This document shows positions 13,547 to 26,240 of a DNA stretch of 64,000 nt, one piece after another. The notes under the pieces are model-generated. The model ran no database searches, was not told the origin of the DNA, and was given only the letters and a program-made list of their open reading frames with translations. The DNA is from Dimorphilus gyrociliatus (taxonomy: Eukaryota > Animalia > Annelida). Position 1 is the stretch's first letter, and every line of letters starts with the position of its first letter. Both the position numbers and the translations under genes were made by a program. The stretch is from NCBI GenBank assembly GCA_904063045.1, contig CAJFCJ010000024.1, positions 248,001 through 312,000 of the forward strand, written 5' to 3'.

Positions 13547-16500
13547 TTACTGATAATTAGTTATATGTTGAAAATCTGCTTTTACAGGTTGAAGCGGAGG
13601 AATATATTCTCCGTTTTGAACGTCGTTAGATGGCGTCCAAGGATCATTCATAACCATTCTAGTTTGATCTTTGTTCGCAATTTCAGGATCGAAGTGTGTG
13701 GGTTGGTGATTTTCTTTCATTTCCTCAGCTCTTTCATTGTCTTTCTTTTCCTTTACGCTATTCCACATACCATAACCAAAATAGATAGCAACACCTATAA
13801 ATCAATTAGCTTAATTACTATCTTTAAATGAATATAATAAACCTTTTTATTTATATTGTTTATACTCAATAAAGACATTTTGTAAAGATATTCTTCTCTA
13901 ACATTGAGAGAAAACTCATTAAAGTTTTATTGCACAATGTGTATAGTTAATCAATTTTTACTCTACTTTCAAATGTTATATATAGTTCATTAAACATAAA
14001 AATAGTCTTTTCTATAGACTAATTCCCCTAGTATTCTGAAGAGGAAGTTATCTTTTTATTTTCCTCAGAACAGCGGTAAAATATATATAAAAAAGAACAG
14101 CATTGACAAACAACCAGTTATTGATATGATCGATATGTCTGATAGCATTAATTAAATGTTATTTTATTACTTTCGGTTATAAAATTGGTTTTTATGATTG
14201 TTTTATTGTTTACTTACCAATTACTAGCCAAACACCCAATCTAGCCCAAGTTAAGGGGGGTAGTTTTAGCATTAGATATATATTAAAGAACATAGCTGCC
14301 GCAGGAAGAATAGGGACCATAGGAGCCATAAAATCTAATTTTCTCCTATTTGAAAAAAAAAACGGTATTACCTTTCTCAATTAGACGCTTTTGTAAATAA
14401 ATTGGAGTTTCATGACCCCGTTATACTCACTTGTTTTGTGGTTGTTTCATTATAAGAACCAGAAAGATAATCATTGCAAAAATAAATATAATTAAAAGAA
14501 TAACTAACATAGCCTGGCCGGATGCTAAACCGTCTGCCCCTAAGACAATTAGTAAGCACGCTGAAAACTGTAAAGTTTAATTAGCAATTAATGAAAATCA
14601 TATAGATAAATAATGAAAAGTTATTATTAAAGCTCTCGCAATTAATTACCAACCTGTACAACACTTAAACAGCCGACGAGAAATATAACAGTCCTAGCTG
14701 TTTTTTCTGTAGCGACTGTTTCGTCGTCAGGAAAGCCAAACTGTAATAAAACATTCTTCGTTTTAGTCTCAAACCACACGACTCCATTCTGTAATTTTTC
14801 AGTGTCGAATGGTAACTTTTCTAAAATTGCTCCGTATGATTTGGGGGGCTCGATTTCGTCCAATAATCTTGAAGGTTGTTCTATCTCCGATGAAGCGTCA
14901 CTAGCCGGCGTCACTGGCGGCGTCACTTCTCTAATTGGATCCAATCTCTTGATGACAGTCTTCGTCTTCTCCAGATCGTGAGCGTCCGGCTGATAGCGCA
15001 GAATTAATACAGAAACTGAAACTAGAGTGTAGGCAAGCAATGTCCCTATGGACATCATTTCCACCAACACTTGTAGGCCTACCAATAAACTTAAAAGAGA
15101 AGCTATAAATCCAGTTATTACAGTTGCCACCAAAGGTGTTCCAGTGTTTTTATTAACGACCGACAAGAAATTAAATAATAAACCATCACGAGCCATAGCA
15201 TATATGACCCTAGGCATTGGAAACATCGAGCCTAGGAGAGAGACTGTCAAAGCCGCTATTGAACCAACAGCAACCACGTACTTTATACCGGGTGGAGCTC
15301 CTATCTGGTCCCAGACATCCATCAGGGCAGAATCGGTGTGAATTTCGTTATAAGGCAGCATCAAGGTTAAAACTATGCTAATAGCCGCGTAAACAGTTAA
15401 GCTGATGAGTAAGCTAGATATAATAGCTTTTGGGATGCTTTTACTAGCTTCTTTTGCTTCTTCTCCAGTTGTTGCAATGATATCGAAGCCGATGAACGCA
15501 TAAAAGCAGGTAGCAGCACCGGAAAATACACCAGATGGTCCATAAGGGCTAAAATTACTCCAATTCTGCTTGTCAGCATGAACTAAACCTATGGGGCGAG
15601 ATTCCGAAACTTCCTATTATTCTTTCAATCATATACAGGTAGCTTGTTTCACTCTTCCTAATATGAGAATAGACTCCCTTTTACTAGTAGAATAACTAAC
15701 CACCCCTTATATTGTCTTATAAAATGGGAAATAGCTAATTTAATTAATTATTTGATTAACTAATTAACTTTATGCTATAGGAATAGACAATACGATAAAA
15801 CAAATTATAAAATAAAGTCATAAAAAAAGCGGAAAAGTAAGATAATAGGTTTTTTTTATAGACGACGAGAATATTTTCTTACAAAAAAAGTATATCATTA
15901 ATTCCGAATCACGTACTCACCTAGGCGATTAATTTACATCATCTGCTTCATTATAGTATGAATACAGTTTGCTTATTTTCGTAAACTTATCTTTGAGTGA
16001 AAGATCAATTTCTTTAACTTTTTAATTGATAAACTTTTCCTTAAATGATACTCGACTGTTTCTTTTTGCTCGTTAGTTTGAAATTATTGTATTATGCATG
16101 TGCTGTAAATACATCTCTATTCTATAAAAAAATGTGTAGCCTTCTCTTGTATTGTAAACAAAAGGACCCTTTTCATTAATTTATTATTCTTCCTATGCTA
16201 TCTCGAGTTATTTCCTGCAACTTTTCCTGTTGTTGCTTGTAACTTTCTAATTCTTGCTCATTAGCTATATGTAAGAAAAATTGGTTGAGTGAGTAACTAG
16301 AGACAGTGAATGAAGAATCGGTATGGAAAATAAACTAGTTTAAGAAATGGACCGGAATATAGGCGATAGGAAAGACGAACAATGGACGGGGAATAGGAAA
16401 TGATGATAAATATTCTAAACAGCCCTTCTATACAAGAAACAGGGGAAAAACAATGAAATTTTCAAAATAACACATATTTATCTTTCGTCTCTGTTGCGTG

Positions 16501-19500
16501 AAAGGCTACTTTGTTCTTAATCACGAACTCGTCTCTCTGTACAGCTACTACAGTTGCAGAGAAGGTGGCGTTGCTAATGGTAATAGCAAGATAACAGGAG
16601 TTGAAACTACATTGAACAATTAAAGTATAATAGGAATAAATCGGAGTTACGCCCCTGCTATAAAAATTATGACGCAAGATGCCAAATTAATTATGTTTAG
16701 TATGTTGTTGAAAAATAGTGATTTTTTAACACCAGCTGCCATTAAAGTCGTCATAACAATACCGATGGCGAAGCCAAGGAAATCCGGATACGTCTTTCCA
16801 ATTACCGTACCAACGTTAGCCTCCAGACTCTCCGACATAGTGTGATTCCCTAACGAATCGAAGCAAGCCGACAAAGCGGATGCTCCTGCAGCAGTACCAA
16901 TCATATATTCTAGAATCAGATTCCAACCTATTAGGAATGCAACGAATTCCCCAACGGTCACGTAGCTGTACATATAAGCAGAACCGGAAGTCTTTGGTAC
17001 GCGGACGCCGAATTCCCCATAGCAGATGCCTGTAGAACGCCATTTTTTCCGTTTTTATTTATATTAGAATGATGGAATGAGAAAACTTGTCTTATAATTT
17101 ATAGACGTTGACGTGATTTGCATTCGTTCTTGCTTATCTACTGTAATTATATAGCGTGTGAAGTATTTTATAAGGCGAGTAAAAAAATTTATTCGATGCC
17201 AACAATAGCATCACTTTCTTCCTCTCTCTCCTTTCTTTTTTACTCCTCATCTTCCCAGCTCTAATATTTCAATTATATCTTTCCTACAAATATTTAATTT
17301 ACCCATACATACTATTCAAGTTAAGTTCTAAACTATAACGTTCATATATGAATCTTTAGAAAGAGAACCATATTTAGCCTTGCTGTTAAAAGTTAAATAT
17401 TTTTTCATAGGTTTAACTAACGTTTAGTTTGAAAGACAAGAGACAAAGGAAATGATATTCATTCTCTCTTAGCTGTTTTTCCTCCCAGTCAGCTATTCTT
17501 ATATTTTAAGAAAAACGGAAAAAATAGTAGATAGATAAAAATAGACCTATATCTATTTATATACATTTGCCATATAAATCTTAATCCCATACTGTATATA
17601 TTACAAATTCTAATGAACATTTATTCGCTAAAACGAGTATCCTAACCTAATACTAATTGCTTGTAAGCTGTATTGATGTCAACATTAGTAGTTAAAATGT
17701 ATTTAAAAGGTTTCTTTTATCTTAACGACGAAGGGAATAATAGCTGAGACAAAGACTTTATCATTGTAATTGCAATTATTATAAGTTCACATTAATATAT
17801 CGATAGTATATATAAAAACTATATGCTCTAAATATAGTAGAAAAATTGATTAAATATACGTAAAACGACTAGCCTTCTATATCCACATTGATTCTATCGT
17901 TAAAGCGTTGACGATGCTTTTTGTTTCTTTTACGTGGAAAACAGGCAACTAATCCCTAATTTTTAGATGTTTTCTGTCTCTTTGTATTATATATATACTC
18001 TATGTATAAATGTCACATGCATAATATAGACTACAACATATGTTTTCTTTCTTTATATTTTAATTATTTTTCCTTATGCTTGCCTCTAAATCCTCTCTTG
18101 CATCATGCACTATTCTTTTTATATCTTTTACAATATCCTAATAATTTTTCGGGTTTCCTATCTATCTCCTTACTCTCTCTGTCTCTCTCTCTCTCTGTCT
18201 CTCGTCTGTCGCTCTCCATGTTTCTTTATTTCTTTTATTTTTTAGTATACTCTATTTCTTTTAATTTTATTTTTTTTTTTGGATGTTCTATAAATAACTT
18301 GGGATGATTTCAATTACGTGATAAGACTTTTTAACTTATTCAATTTGTAGAAGACAGATGTTAGAGAGCGTTAGATGGCGCTTACAAGGTCGTATTTCTT
18401 TAATTTTAGAAAATTAACTAAAGCATATATATATATATAAATTAGAATTTAAAATTTAGATATACAGTATATAGAGTATATTCATTATTTTAAAAAAAAC
18501 AATTGATTATTTGATTTTACCAGAATTTCTTTTTTTTTCAGTATTCTTTTGTAATTTGTCCAAAATAATACGCAATTACAGACATTATATTGTATTTTAC
18601 AGATCCAATGAAATCGAATAGGCCTACACTCATTCCCTAAAGTAAACTTTTAGAACACGACCGTCTACATAGAAATAATAGAACCTGCAAAATATCTCGT
18701 AAATACATTTTTTGACATGTTTGATATGAATATTTGTAAATTTGCATTCCACAATAGGCCTCTTAAAAAAATAGCTTCGCTTCACTTAGCTGTATATTTG
18801 ATACGCTATTCCTCTCAATCGATGGAATTATATAACCTTATTCTAATGGAAAAGTGCAGTTGGTGCATTATATTAGATGTTCACAGCGTCCGGTGAAATA
18901 GTATACTTGTCCACATTTAAGCTTATTATTAATGCCTCTTTTTTTATAGCTACTTAATTGAAACCTTTCATATATTTTTATCCTTTTTCTTCTTCATTTT
19001 CCAAGTAACGAAAGAAAAAAAACAATACAAAAGTTCTCTTTTTATGTCACCTATATTATTTCTTGTATACAGAATATATACATATATATATATACACGAT
19101 ATACGACCTATAAAATATATACTTCAGAAGGACAAGCTTCATCAAATACAGCAGTAAATTAGTCCATATTGTAGTATGTACTTGTTTCTTTATAAAAATA
19201 TATTTTAAGGGAAAATAGAGAGTAAATAAATTCATCTAAAACAAACAGTTTCGACATCAATTACACCTCCTGCTGTACAAGAGCATCAGGGGAAGAGAGA
19301 AGACAATTTTTTTTTCATTTCGTTTCTCTTATTCTCTTGTTCTCTTTATCTTTTTTTTTAAAAAAACAAATTTGTTACTTTTTATTCACTTTTCAATTTT
19401 TTATAATAATATATCTCTTTTTACTTCAATAATAGCGGTCACGTTGAAACTTTAGCCTTTTATAAATATATGTTTTGTTGAAATGGCATTAACACGCCAT

Positions 19501-21936
19501 TAAGTTTATTATTTTGTCAGAAATAAATGAAATAAACGTAATTTCTATTTATTTATTTTATTCTCCTTTTTCTGACCCTTTTATTCCAGTTTCTTTTCTT
19601 TATAAATTGATAAAATGTTTAATTTTCTTCTTTTGTTTGATAGAGAAACAGATAATATAAAACAGATCAGGAGACATAGAGATATAATAAGGATGGGTAG
19701 ATAAAAAAAATTAGCGATGTGGAAAGAAAGACATAGAGAAGGACACGAAGAGAAAGAGAGAGGGAAGGAACGAAGAAAAGACAGTGAAAGGGAATCAATA
19801 GGAGGATTAATTAGGTAGTTAAGTTATTTTGCAATTTATGGAAAGTGAATAGTTGCCTTTGGGGAAATCTACACGTTATACGTCAAAATGTTTAAGAATA
19901 TGAGAGTTGATTACGCTATATTTTCTTTCATTCTCTCTGTACTAGTTTAGCTTGTTAAGTTACTGGTCACTTCCGTTTCTACTTATCTTTTTCCCTTTGT
20001 CTGTAGTCTTTCTTTTTCTATATATAAATACACAACCTACGATTAACTTATAGGAAAAAATCAATTACGTACATATCAGGTTACACGTATCAGTGAGAAC
20101 GATTGGGGAAACGCTACACTATTAGACGTCTTATTTACACAGCAGATGGAAACTGGAATAATCATTGACAGTTTCCCTGATATAAGCCTATAGAACAATA
20201 CATACCCTCGAGTAATAATATATAATAGATGTGAAAAGTTGCCAATTATAAACAATCACGTTCGAAATAAAAACCCACATACAAGCGTCAATAAGTTATC
20301 AATAAAACGCTTTAGCGACGCCGCACCGTTTCCTCCCTCTCCTCTTTACTATTCGTAACTACGAACGTACAAAAACGTTCGGGTGCGTAAAAAAATTCTT
20401 TTTTATCAATATCATTGCGGACTATATATGCATTGCATCTATTGATTTATACCCTCAATTTTTTTTATGAAAACAATATTCATACATGTTTACGTTCTAT
20501 TATATACTGTAAAAGCGTCTAAAATATCTACTTTCAATAAAATGCTATGGCTAGTAATTACTAATTAGTACGATTAATCGCGGATACGAGGACAAGGATG
20601 ATAGCAAGTTTTCTGTGGACGTAAAAAACTAATCACTGTACAGATCACGTGATTCACTCCAGTTCTCTAGTTCTTGTAAAACACGTACAATATATATTCG
20701 GATGTCAATTGAGGGTTAAATTTGCTATTGACTTAAATAGTCAATAATAACAGAATTATATAATTATAGGCCTTATTTCTGCTAGTATTATTAAAACTTA
20801 GTTATAATAAACATTAAATATCGATAGAAGTTAGATAATAATAGGAAATAGATTGTTGACTTTCATAAATAAAACATTAGCCTATTATAGATACAATTCA
20901 TTCTCTTATATTTTTTCCCTTTCATACTTTTCTCTTTTTATTAATTCGGATCGTTTATTGGATTCTTTTATTTTGGTTCCTTTTTTTTATTAAAAAAAGT
21001 CCAGCATTAATAAAAAAAATAATGTTCAATTAAAGTGGAACCTTTGGAAAGATGATAAGCTCTTTTTCTTTTTTATCTTTTATTTTGTTTGGTTTTTTCC
21101 TTTCTTTCTCTCTTTTTTATTTAGACTAGATTTTATGTGTATTTTTAGTTTTAAAAAAAAACAACTTTTTCTTCCCTTAAAACAATCCCTCTTTTGGTCA
21201 ACTCAAAACTTTTTTCTATCCGTCTCTGCCTCTCTCCATCTCTATCTCTCACTCTGGCTTAATCTATCTATCTATCTATCTATTTATCTATCCTACCCCC
21301 CTCTCAGTTCTCCGCCTTCCTCTTATTCCTTCTTTTCTCTTACTTATTCTTTTCAGTTATTACTATGCTTCTAATAGTATGATTAATGAGAAGAAAGAAA
21401 AACATTGATTTGAAACAATTAATAAATGTCTATTACCCATCTTTTCCCTCCCTCTATATCATTGATTAGTTTTTGTTTTTAGCGTCAAATATAAAAGTCA
21501 TCTCAGTCGATCATCTCCATTATACATAAAGTGCCGGTGACAATTGCAAAAAGACGTCTATATTACAACTAAGCGTCACCTGGTATAGTCATTTAATTTT
21601 TTTTCAACACTTACCCGAAAGGATTGACGCAAAAGCCGCGATGATAAATGAGAAAAGAACAGCAGGTCCCGCAACATTCCTCGCAACAAGACCAGCAACT
21701 ATATAGACACCGGTACCGCAACAACTACCAACTCCCAATGAAATTAGGTCGAGCGTAGTTAGAACCCGGTTCAGTCCGCCGTCCCCATGAGCTGCGTCAG
21801 CATCCTCTGTCTGACTCTGAAAAGTTCTCAAAATTGCCATCTATAACGAAAAGTGACCAACCAAAAACTTTACCTGTATTGTTTTCGTCCTTACGAGACG
21901 TTTTTTAAATCTTCCAATATCCTCGCTCACTTCCAT
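13547..21936 (-). CDS. SLC7A14: Cationic amino-acid transporter, SLC7A14-like (APC family)
   Basis: Spliced protein MEVSEDIGRFKKRLVRTKTIQ|SQTE...LTTLDLISLGVGSCCGTGVY...|GICYGEFGVRVPKTSGSAYMYSYVTVGEFVAFLIGWNLILEYMIGTAAGASALS...GAATCFYAFIGFDIIATTGEEAK...GSMFPMPRVIYAMARDGLLF...EMMSIGTLLAYTLVS closely matches recalled SLC7A14/CAT motifs. Exons 21936-21874, 21816-21615, 17029-~16655, 15588-~14650, then further exons to the stop at 13547. Confidence 0.93.
15593..16655. mobile_element. Putative non-autonomous DNA-transposon (MITE-like) insertion forming an SLC7A14 intron
   Basis: Imperfect terminal inverted repeats GGGGCGTAACTCCGATTTATTCCTATTATACTTT / GGGGCGAGATTCCGAAAC-TTCCTATTATTCTTT (26 of 34 aligned columns identical). 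Flanked by 3-bp GCA and ATA (possible decayed TSD). No transposase ORF. Confidence 0.5.
18368..18382 (+). promoter_or_regulatory. CTCF-like motif in the long SLC7A14 intron
   Basis: GCGTTAGATGGCGCT resembles the CTCF core AG(A/G)TGGCG. Confidence 0.45.
21262..21292. repeat. (CTAT)n tetranucleotide repeat
   Basis: atctatctatctatctatctatttatctatc run in an intron. Confidence 0.8.
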
Positions 21937-21956
21937 CTTACGACCATGTCGTCTGC

Positions 21957-22139
21957 TCAACTAGACGCATCGGTGTCTCCGGAAACGCCATCTGGTAGAC
22001 GCCCCGCCTTATCAAAGCTATATATCGTCTTAATCGATCGACCAAACAATTTCGCCCGTTTTACTTCATATAAATCCTTAGGATTTACGACCAGTGGTGA
22101 TTTATCGCACAAATACGGCGTTCCGCCTGACCTATTCAT
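21957..22139 (-). other. 60-codon upstream ORF in the SLC7A14 5' region
   Basis: ATG-initiated, GC-richer than its flanks, and ends 20 nt before the transporter ATG (21936). A second 6-codon ORF (21947-21927) overlaps the main ATG out of frame. Confidence 0.4.
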
Positions 22140-23255
22140 CTTTCCCTTAGCCTTTTCAATAGTTTTTTACAGTCCAAATATTGTTTCTACTTCTCATTTC
22201 TACTTTTCGTGACAAATTAATTCAATAGATAGTAGGGACGAAAGTGAAACATGCAACAGAAAATATCATAAACATAATTTCACTTTCTCTCTCTCATCTT
22301 GTTCTAAAGGAAAGCGAATTTTTATTCTTATTATCACTTTTATTATTAAGGTCGTCATCATAATCATCTTCTACTTCCTACTTCTCATTCCAAAGAGTCT
22401 TCAATGAGCGTAGGCGTCGTAAAAGAGTCTAATTTCGTGCTGCCCACCAAGTAAGGACGTATAAGGTGGGATAGAAGATATTCAGCCAGGCAATATATAA
22501 TCTTGGTTTAATTACAATATTTATATAATATTGTATTATTAATCCCAGTTAATTATATACCAAAAAGAAGAATAAATTATTCTAAAGTAGTCTATTTTTG
22601 ACTTAGTAGGAAACGATTACAAGCGTTCTATTGATATACAATGTACAAAGGAAAACTACATATGTTTGTACGATCAAATGTTATATTTCGTTTCGTTGAC
22701 AATCGAATCGTTTACTTAGAAATCAAGTGAGTATTATTAAAAAACGTCACAAATTTAAATATTAATATATTAGTATATATTGATATATAGCATATTATAT
22801 AAGTATATACAGTATATACTGTACATATATACAATTGATATATATATACCTTTTTTAATAAATATAATTACACAGTATACTTAATAGTACTGCTTGCAAT
22901 TAAATAATTATATCTATTTTTTATATTAACAATTTCATAATTTTAATAGAAAGACAACAACAATCAGTATCTTCAAAGCGTCTATATGCTTATCTTACAT
23001 AAAACCCACGCCATCAGAGCGGAAGTTGTTGAGATTTAATCGAAATTGTATATTTTTTTGTCAACATAAACTCTAGTATCTTAGTTTAAAAGGAATGTAT
23101 TAGAGGTTATAGGAATATTCAACACACTAGTAAAGACACACGTAATGTCTTTGTAAATTTATATTCAGAATATTCATATAATATATTATCTATATTTTTA
23201 GATTGATACAAATATTTATATATGCTTCATATATATATACAATTACACTTCATTA

Positions 23256-24820
23256 TTATTTTAATGGCGATGTGACAACAGTAGGCGTCTTCAAACCTTC
23301 GAATTCGCTCCAAGCAAACGTTACAGGCATTGTAGGTGTACCTCTATTACTCGTTGAAGGAAAACAAAAACTTGGACCCAAATGGGGCACACTACCGCTT
23401 CTTGGGCTGGCTAAGTCAGTCCAAAAATTCACTGGATATAAAGGAGTTCCCAAACTCACTCTGGGTGAATGGCCCGGAGTTTTTTCTATACGTCCTGGTG
23501 TTGAAGATAACTTCATCTCGGGAGGTACTGCATTTGGATATATATGAATGGAAGGTGGTTTGTTCTTAGAGTTCCTCCTCTGGTTTATAGATGAAGTGTT
23601 TGAGTCTCTAATATCAACCTCCTTTTTTACTTCTTCCTGTTTAACGGAAGCGCTGGGTGTTACACTTGAGGCTCTCGGTGGTTGTGGTGTAAGACTTCGC
23701 CGTTTCTCAGGATCGGGCGTTAAGCTCCTAGGAGGACATAACAAGGGACTCAACACATTTGTCATTTGAATTAAATGACCAGTACCACCCATAAGTCGAA
23801 ATTGATCTCTCATTGAGTTCAGTTGGGGCTGAATAATGTTATTCTTTTTCGGCTCTGTCGATAATAAATGGCTCATTCGAAAATCATTTGCTACTTCTCC
23901 CGTAGATGGAGCAGCTTCTGGAATAGGTTTTTGTCGAATTTTTTCACTTTCCATAAGTTCGTGATATTTCACAAATTTATATACAAATTTTTGACCCATA
24001 ACTTTTTTAATAATATTCTTGTCATAATAATAACGTAGAGCCCTGGAAAGCTTGTCATAATTCATATTAACCTGCAAAATATATTAATATGATTAGTTAA
24101 CTAATTCACTACTAATTACTTTATTCAAATTATTCAAATAGCTTATAAAATACAAACAGTTTAATTAATTTTCATTTTTCCGTTAATAGAGAGTGACAAT
24201 TTTGTGTTCTATTTTCATATTATAAAGAGATGGCACTACTGTACATTAAATACTGTACTTTGGTAATGTATTTCTATTTTTCAATATTACATACGTAGTT
24301 TTGAAAATAAGGTGAAAACCTAGTGACGAAAGAAGATATTTCTGCCATTCGCTAAAGTGTTAATATAAGGACAAAATAGCTTTCTTATTTTATTTACTAG
24401 GCCAAATCTATGTGGTTTTTCTTTAATATTTAAGTTAGAAACAACATTCATTGGCGTTTTGTGTACTTTAATATATGTAGTATCTAATATATATATATAT
24501 ATATATATGCCATATACTTCTATTAATATATATCTATATATCAATTACAGATAGATTTCTATATTTTAACTGAAGTATCATCCATACTTAATATCTATGA
24601 CAAATATTATTCTTTGTTATAAGAGGACGTTAACAAAGTAGATTTGTTCAATAGATTATTTACTAACCTTATTCTTTCGCATACCCCATAATTTTGCTAC
24701 CTTCTCTGCATCCACAAGCTTAAACTCTCCATCGTTATTTACCCACTGTATTAAATCTTTATGCGTTCCATTCCTCAGCAATTCAAACAAAAATTGCCAT
24801 AAAGTAATATTGGAATCCAT
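23256..24820 (-). CDS. Elk: ETS transcription factor, ternary complex factor (Elk1/3/4) subfamily
   Basis: N-terminal ETS domain [15 protein letters not shown]...LWGMRKNK|[35 protein letters not shown]-terminal S/T-P sites, FW...SP and FCFP (DEF-like) motifs. Exons 24820-24668 and 24071-23256. Confidence 0.9.
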
Positions 24821-26154
24821 AGTGCCTATTGGACAATTGATACTTGTTAAAACATACGATTCGTATGAAGATAATCGACGACCCGAAAGTAAATCACTAT
24901 TAAATAGTCTATTAAAAGCCGGATAAAATAAATTCAGATTCGAAAGCATATCCACTACGAATGAATCTGATTTACACGTTTAAGGATATATTTCAGTAGG
25001 ATGTTAATTATGCGAGACGCTCGACCAATCAACACTTTGCATTATGAATCCAATTATAAATTATTTCAGTTGGAAAATTTCATTAAGATTGTACAAAAGA
25101 AAAAGAGGATAATTATTCATAAGTTAATTAACGCCTAAGTTTGTAATCTGACTAAGTATTTAACAAATAGAACTGTAGTCATTTTTTCCTGGATATACTG
25201 AGATCGAAATTGAGCTAAAGCATTCCCTAGTCTCTGCAAGAGGCTATCGCTGATCATTATAAAAAGTATTTTTCTCTTCATTAGTTTTATTAAACGGAAG
25301 AATCAAAGTATTTAAGACAATCTTTCGCCGGATGTAAAGCACATTGGAATTTATCTAAAAACCGATTTAAGAAAAAATACTAACATAAAAAGATACTTCA
25401 CATTTTTCAATAAATATTCTATTTGATAAATTAAAAAAAAGACCATATAGAATATCACCGAAGGAAAAAAATAAAAATCTATTTAATAGTAATTCTATTA
25501 TTAGAAGTACCATAATCGTATACACGTCTTTAGATCTCTCCAAAATTCCGATACGGTATTTAAAATAGGCTTATAACAATTCTAACACAAAACCCTACAG
25601 AAAAAGTGAATTCTTTGGACCAAAGTAACAAAAAAAGAGAATTCTAAAAGATTAAGAATGTTTCTTAAATATTGAATAGAAAATTATCATCATTAACAAT
25701 AGAAGCTTTTTCTTTAAAAAAAATCTGTAATTGATTTATAATTAAACTTTAAAGTTGAAATATTCTAATAAAACAAAAATTGTTCAATACAGTCTATTGA
25801 TTTTTTTAATAAAATTAGTCAAGTTTTTAATATTTATGATTAAATCCTTAATGATGCTGGTAGCGGCACATTTACGACAATTAATTTTACTATATTCATC
25901 GATGCATACTATTTAACTGCTATTCCTCTTTTTTGTTTATGCTTTGGCTTAAACGTATCTGAATAAAGTATTCTCTCTATAAGAAGGGGTGGTTAAGAGG
26001 GCGGGAAGGAATATTAGAATTTTTTTCTTCTCTCTCTTTTTTAGATGCAAAATGCCATTATACACATATGTGCACAAATACACTCATATTTACAGAATAC
26101 ATTTAGAGAAACAACTATTAGAAAAAGTGATACAATAGACCTTGAAGAACGTAG

Positions 26155-26240
26155 CAGGAAGAAATGAGATGAAACGGAAAGAACTTGACAGGCAGCATCG
26201 AACGGAAAATGGTCATCAGGAAATGGAGTAGCGCCGGAAA
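26155..26240. promoter_or_regulatory. Cluster of five GGAA ETS-type cores upstream of Elk
   Basis: CAGGAAG, ACGGAAA, ACGGAAA, CAGGAAA, CCGGAAA within about 85 bp. Confidence 0.35.

Noticed and set aside
15048-15341. Plus-strand 97-aa ORF
   Set aside because: Antisense shadow of an SLC7A14 coding exon.
16462-16677. 71-aa ORF inside the inverted-repeat element
   Set aside because: No transposase motifs (no DDE, no HTH); at most an exonisable fragment, covered in the introner finding.
18002-18307. 101-aa hydrophobic ORF (similar ones at 13024 and 21135)
   Set aside because: Arises from T/C-rich low-complexity and microsatellite sequence.
23203-23769. Several plus-strand ORFs over Elk
   Set aside because: Antisense to the Elk coding exon.
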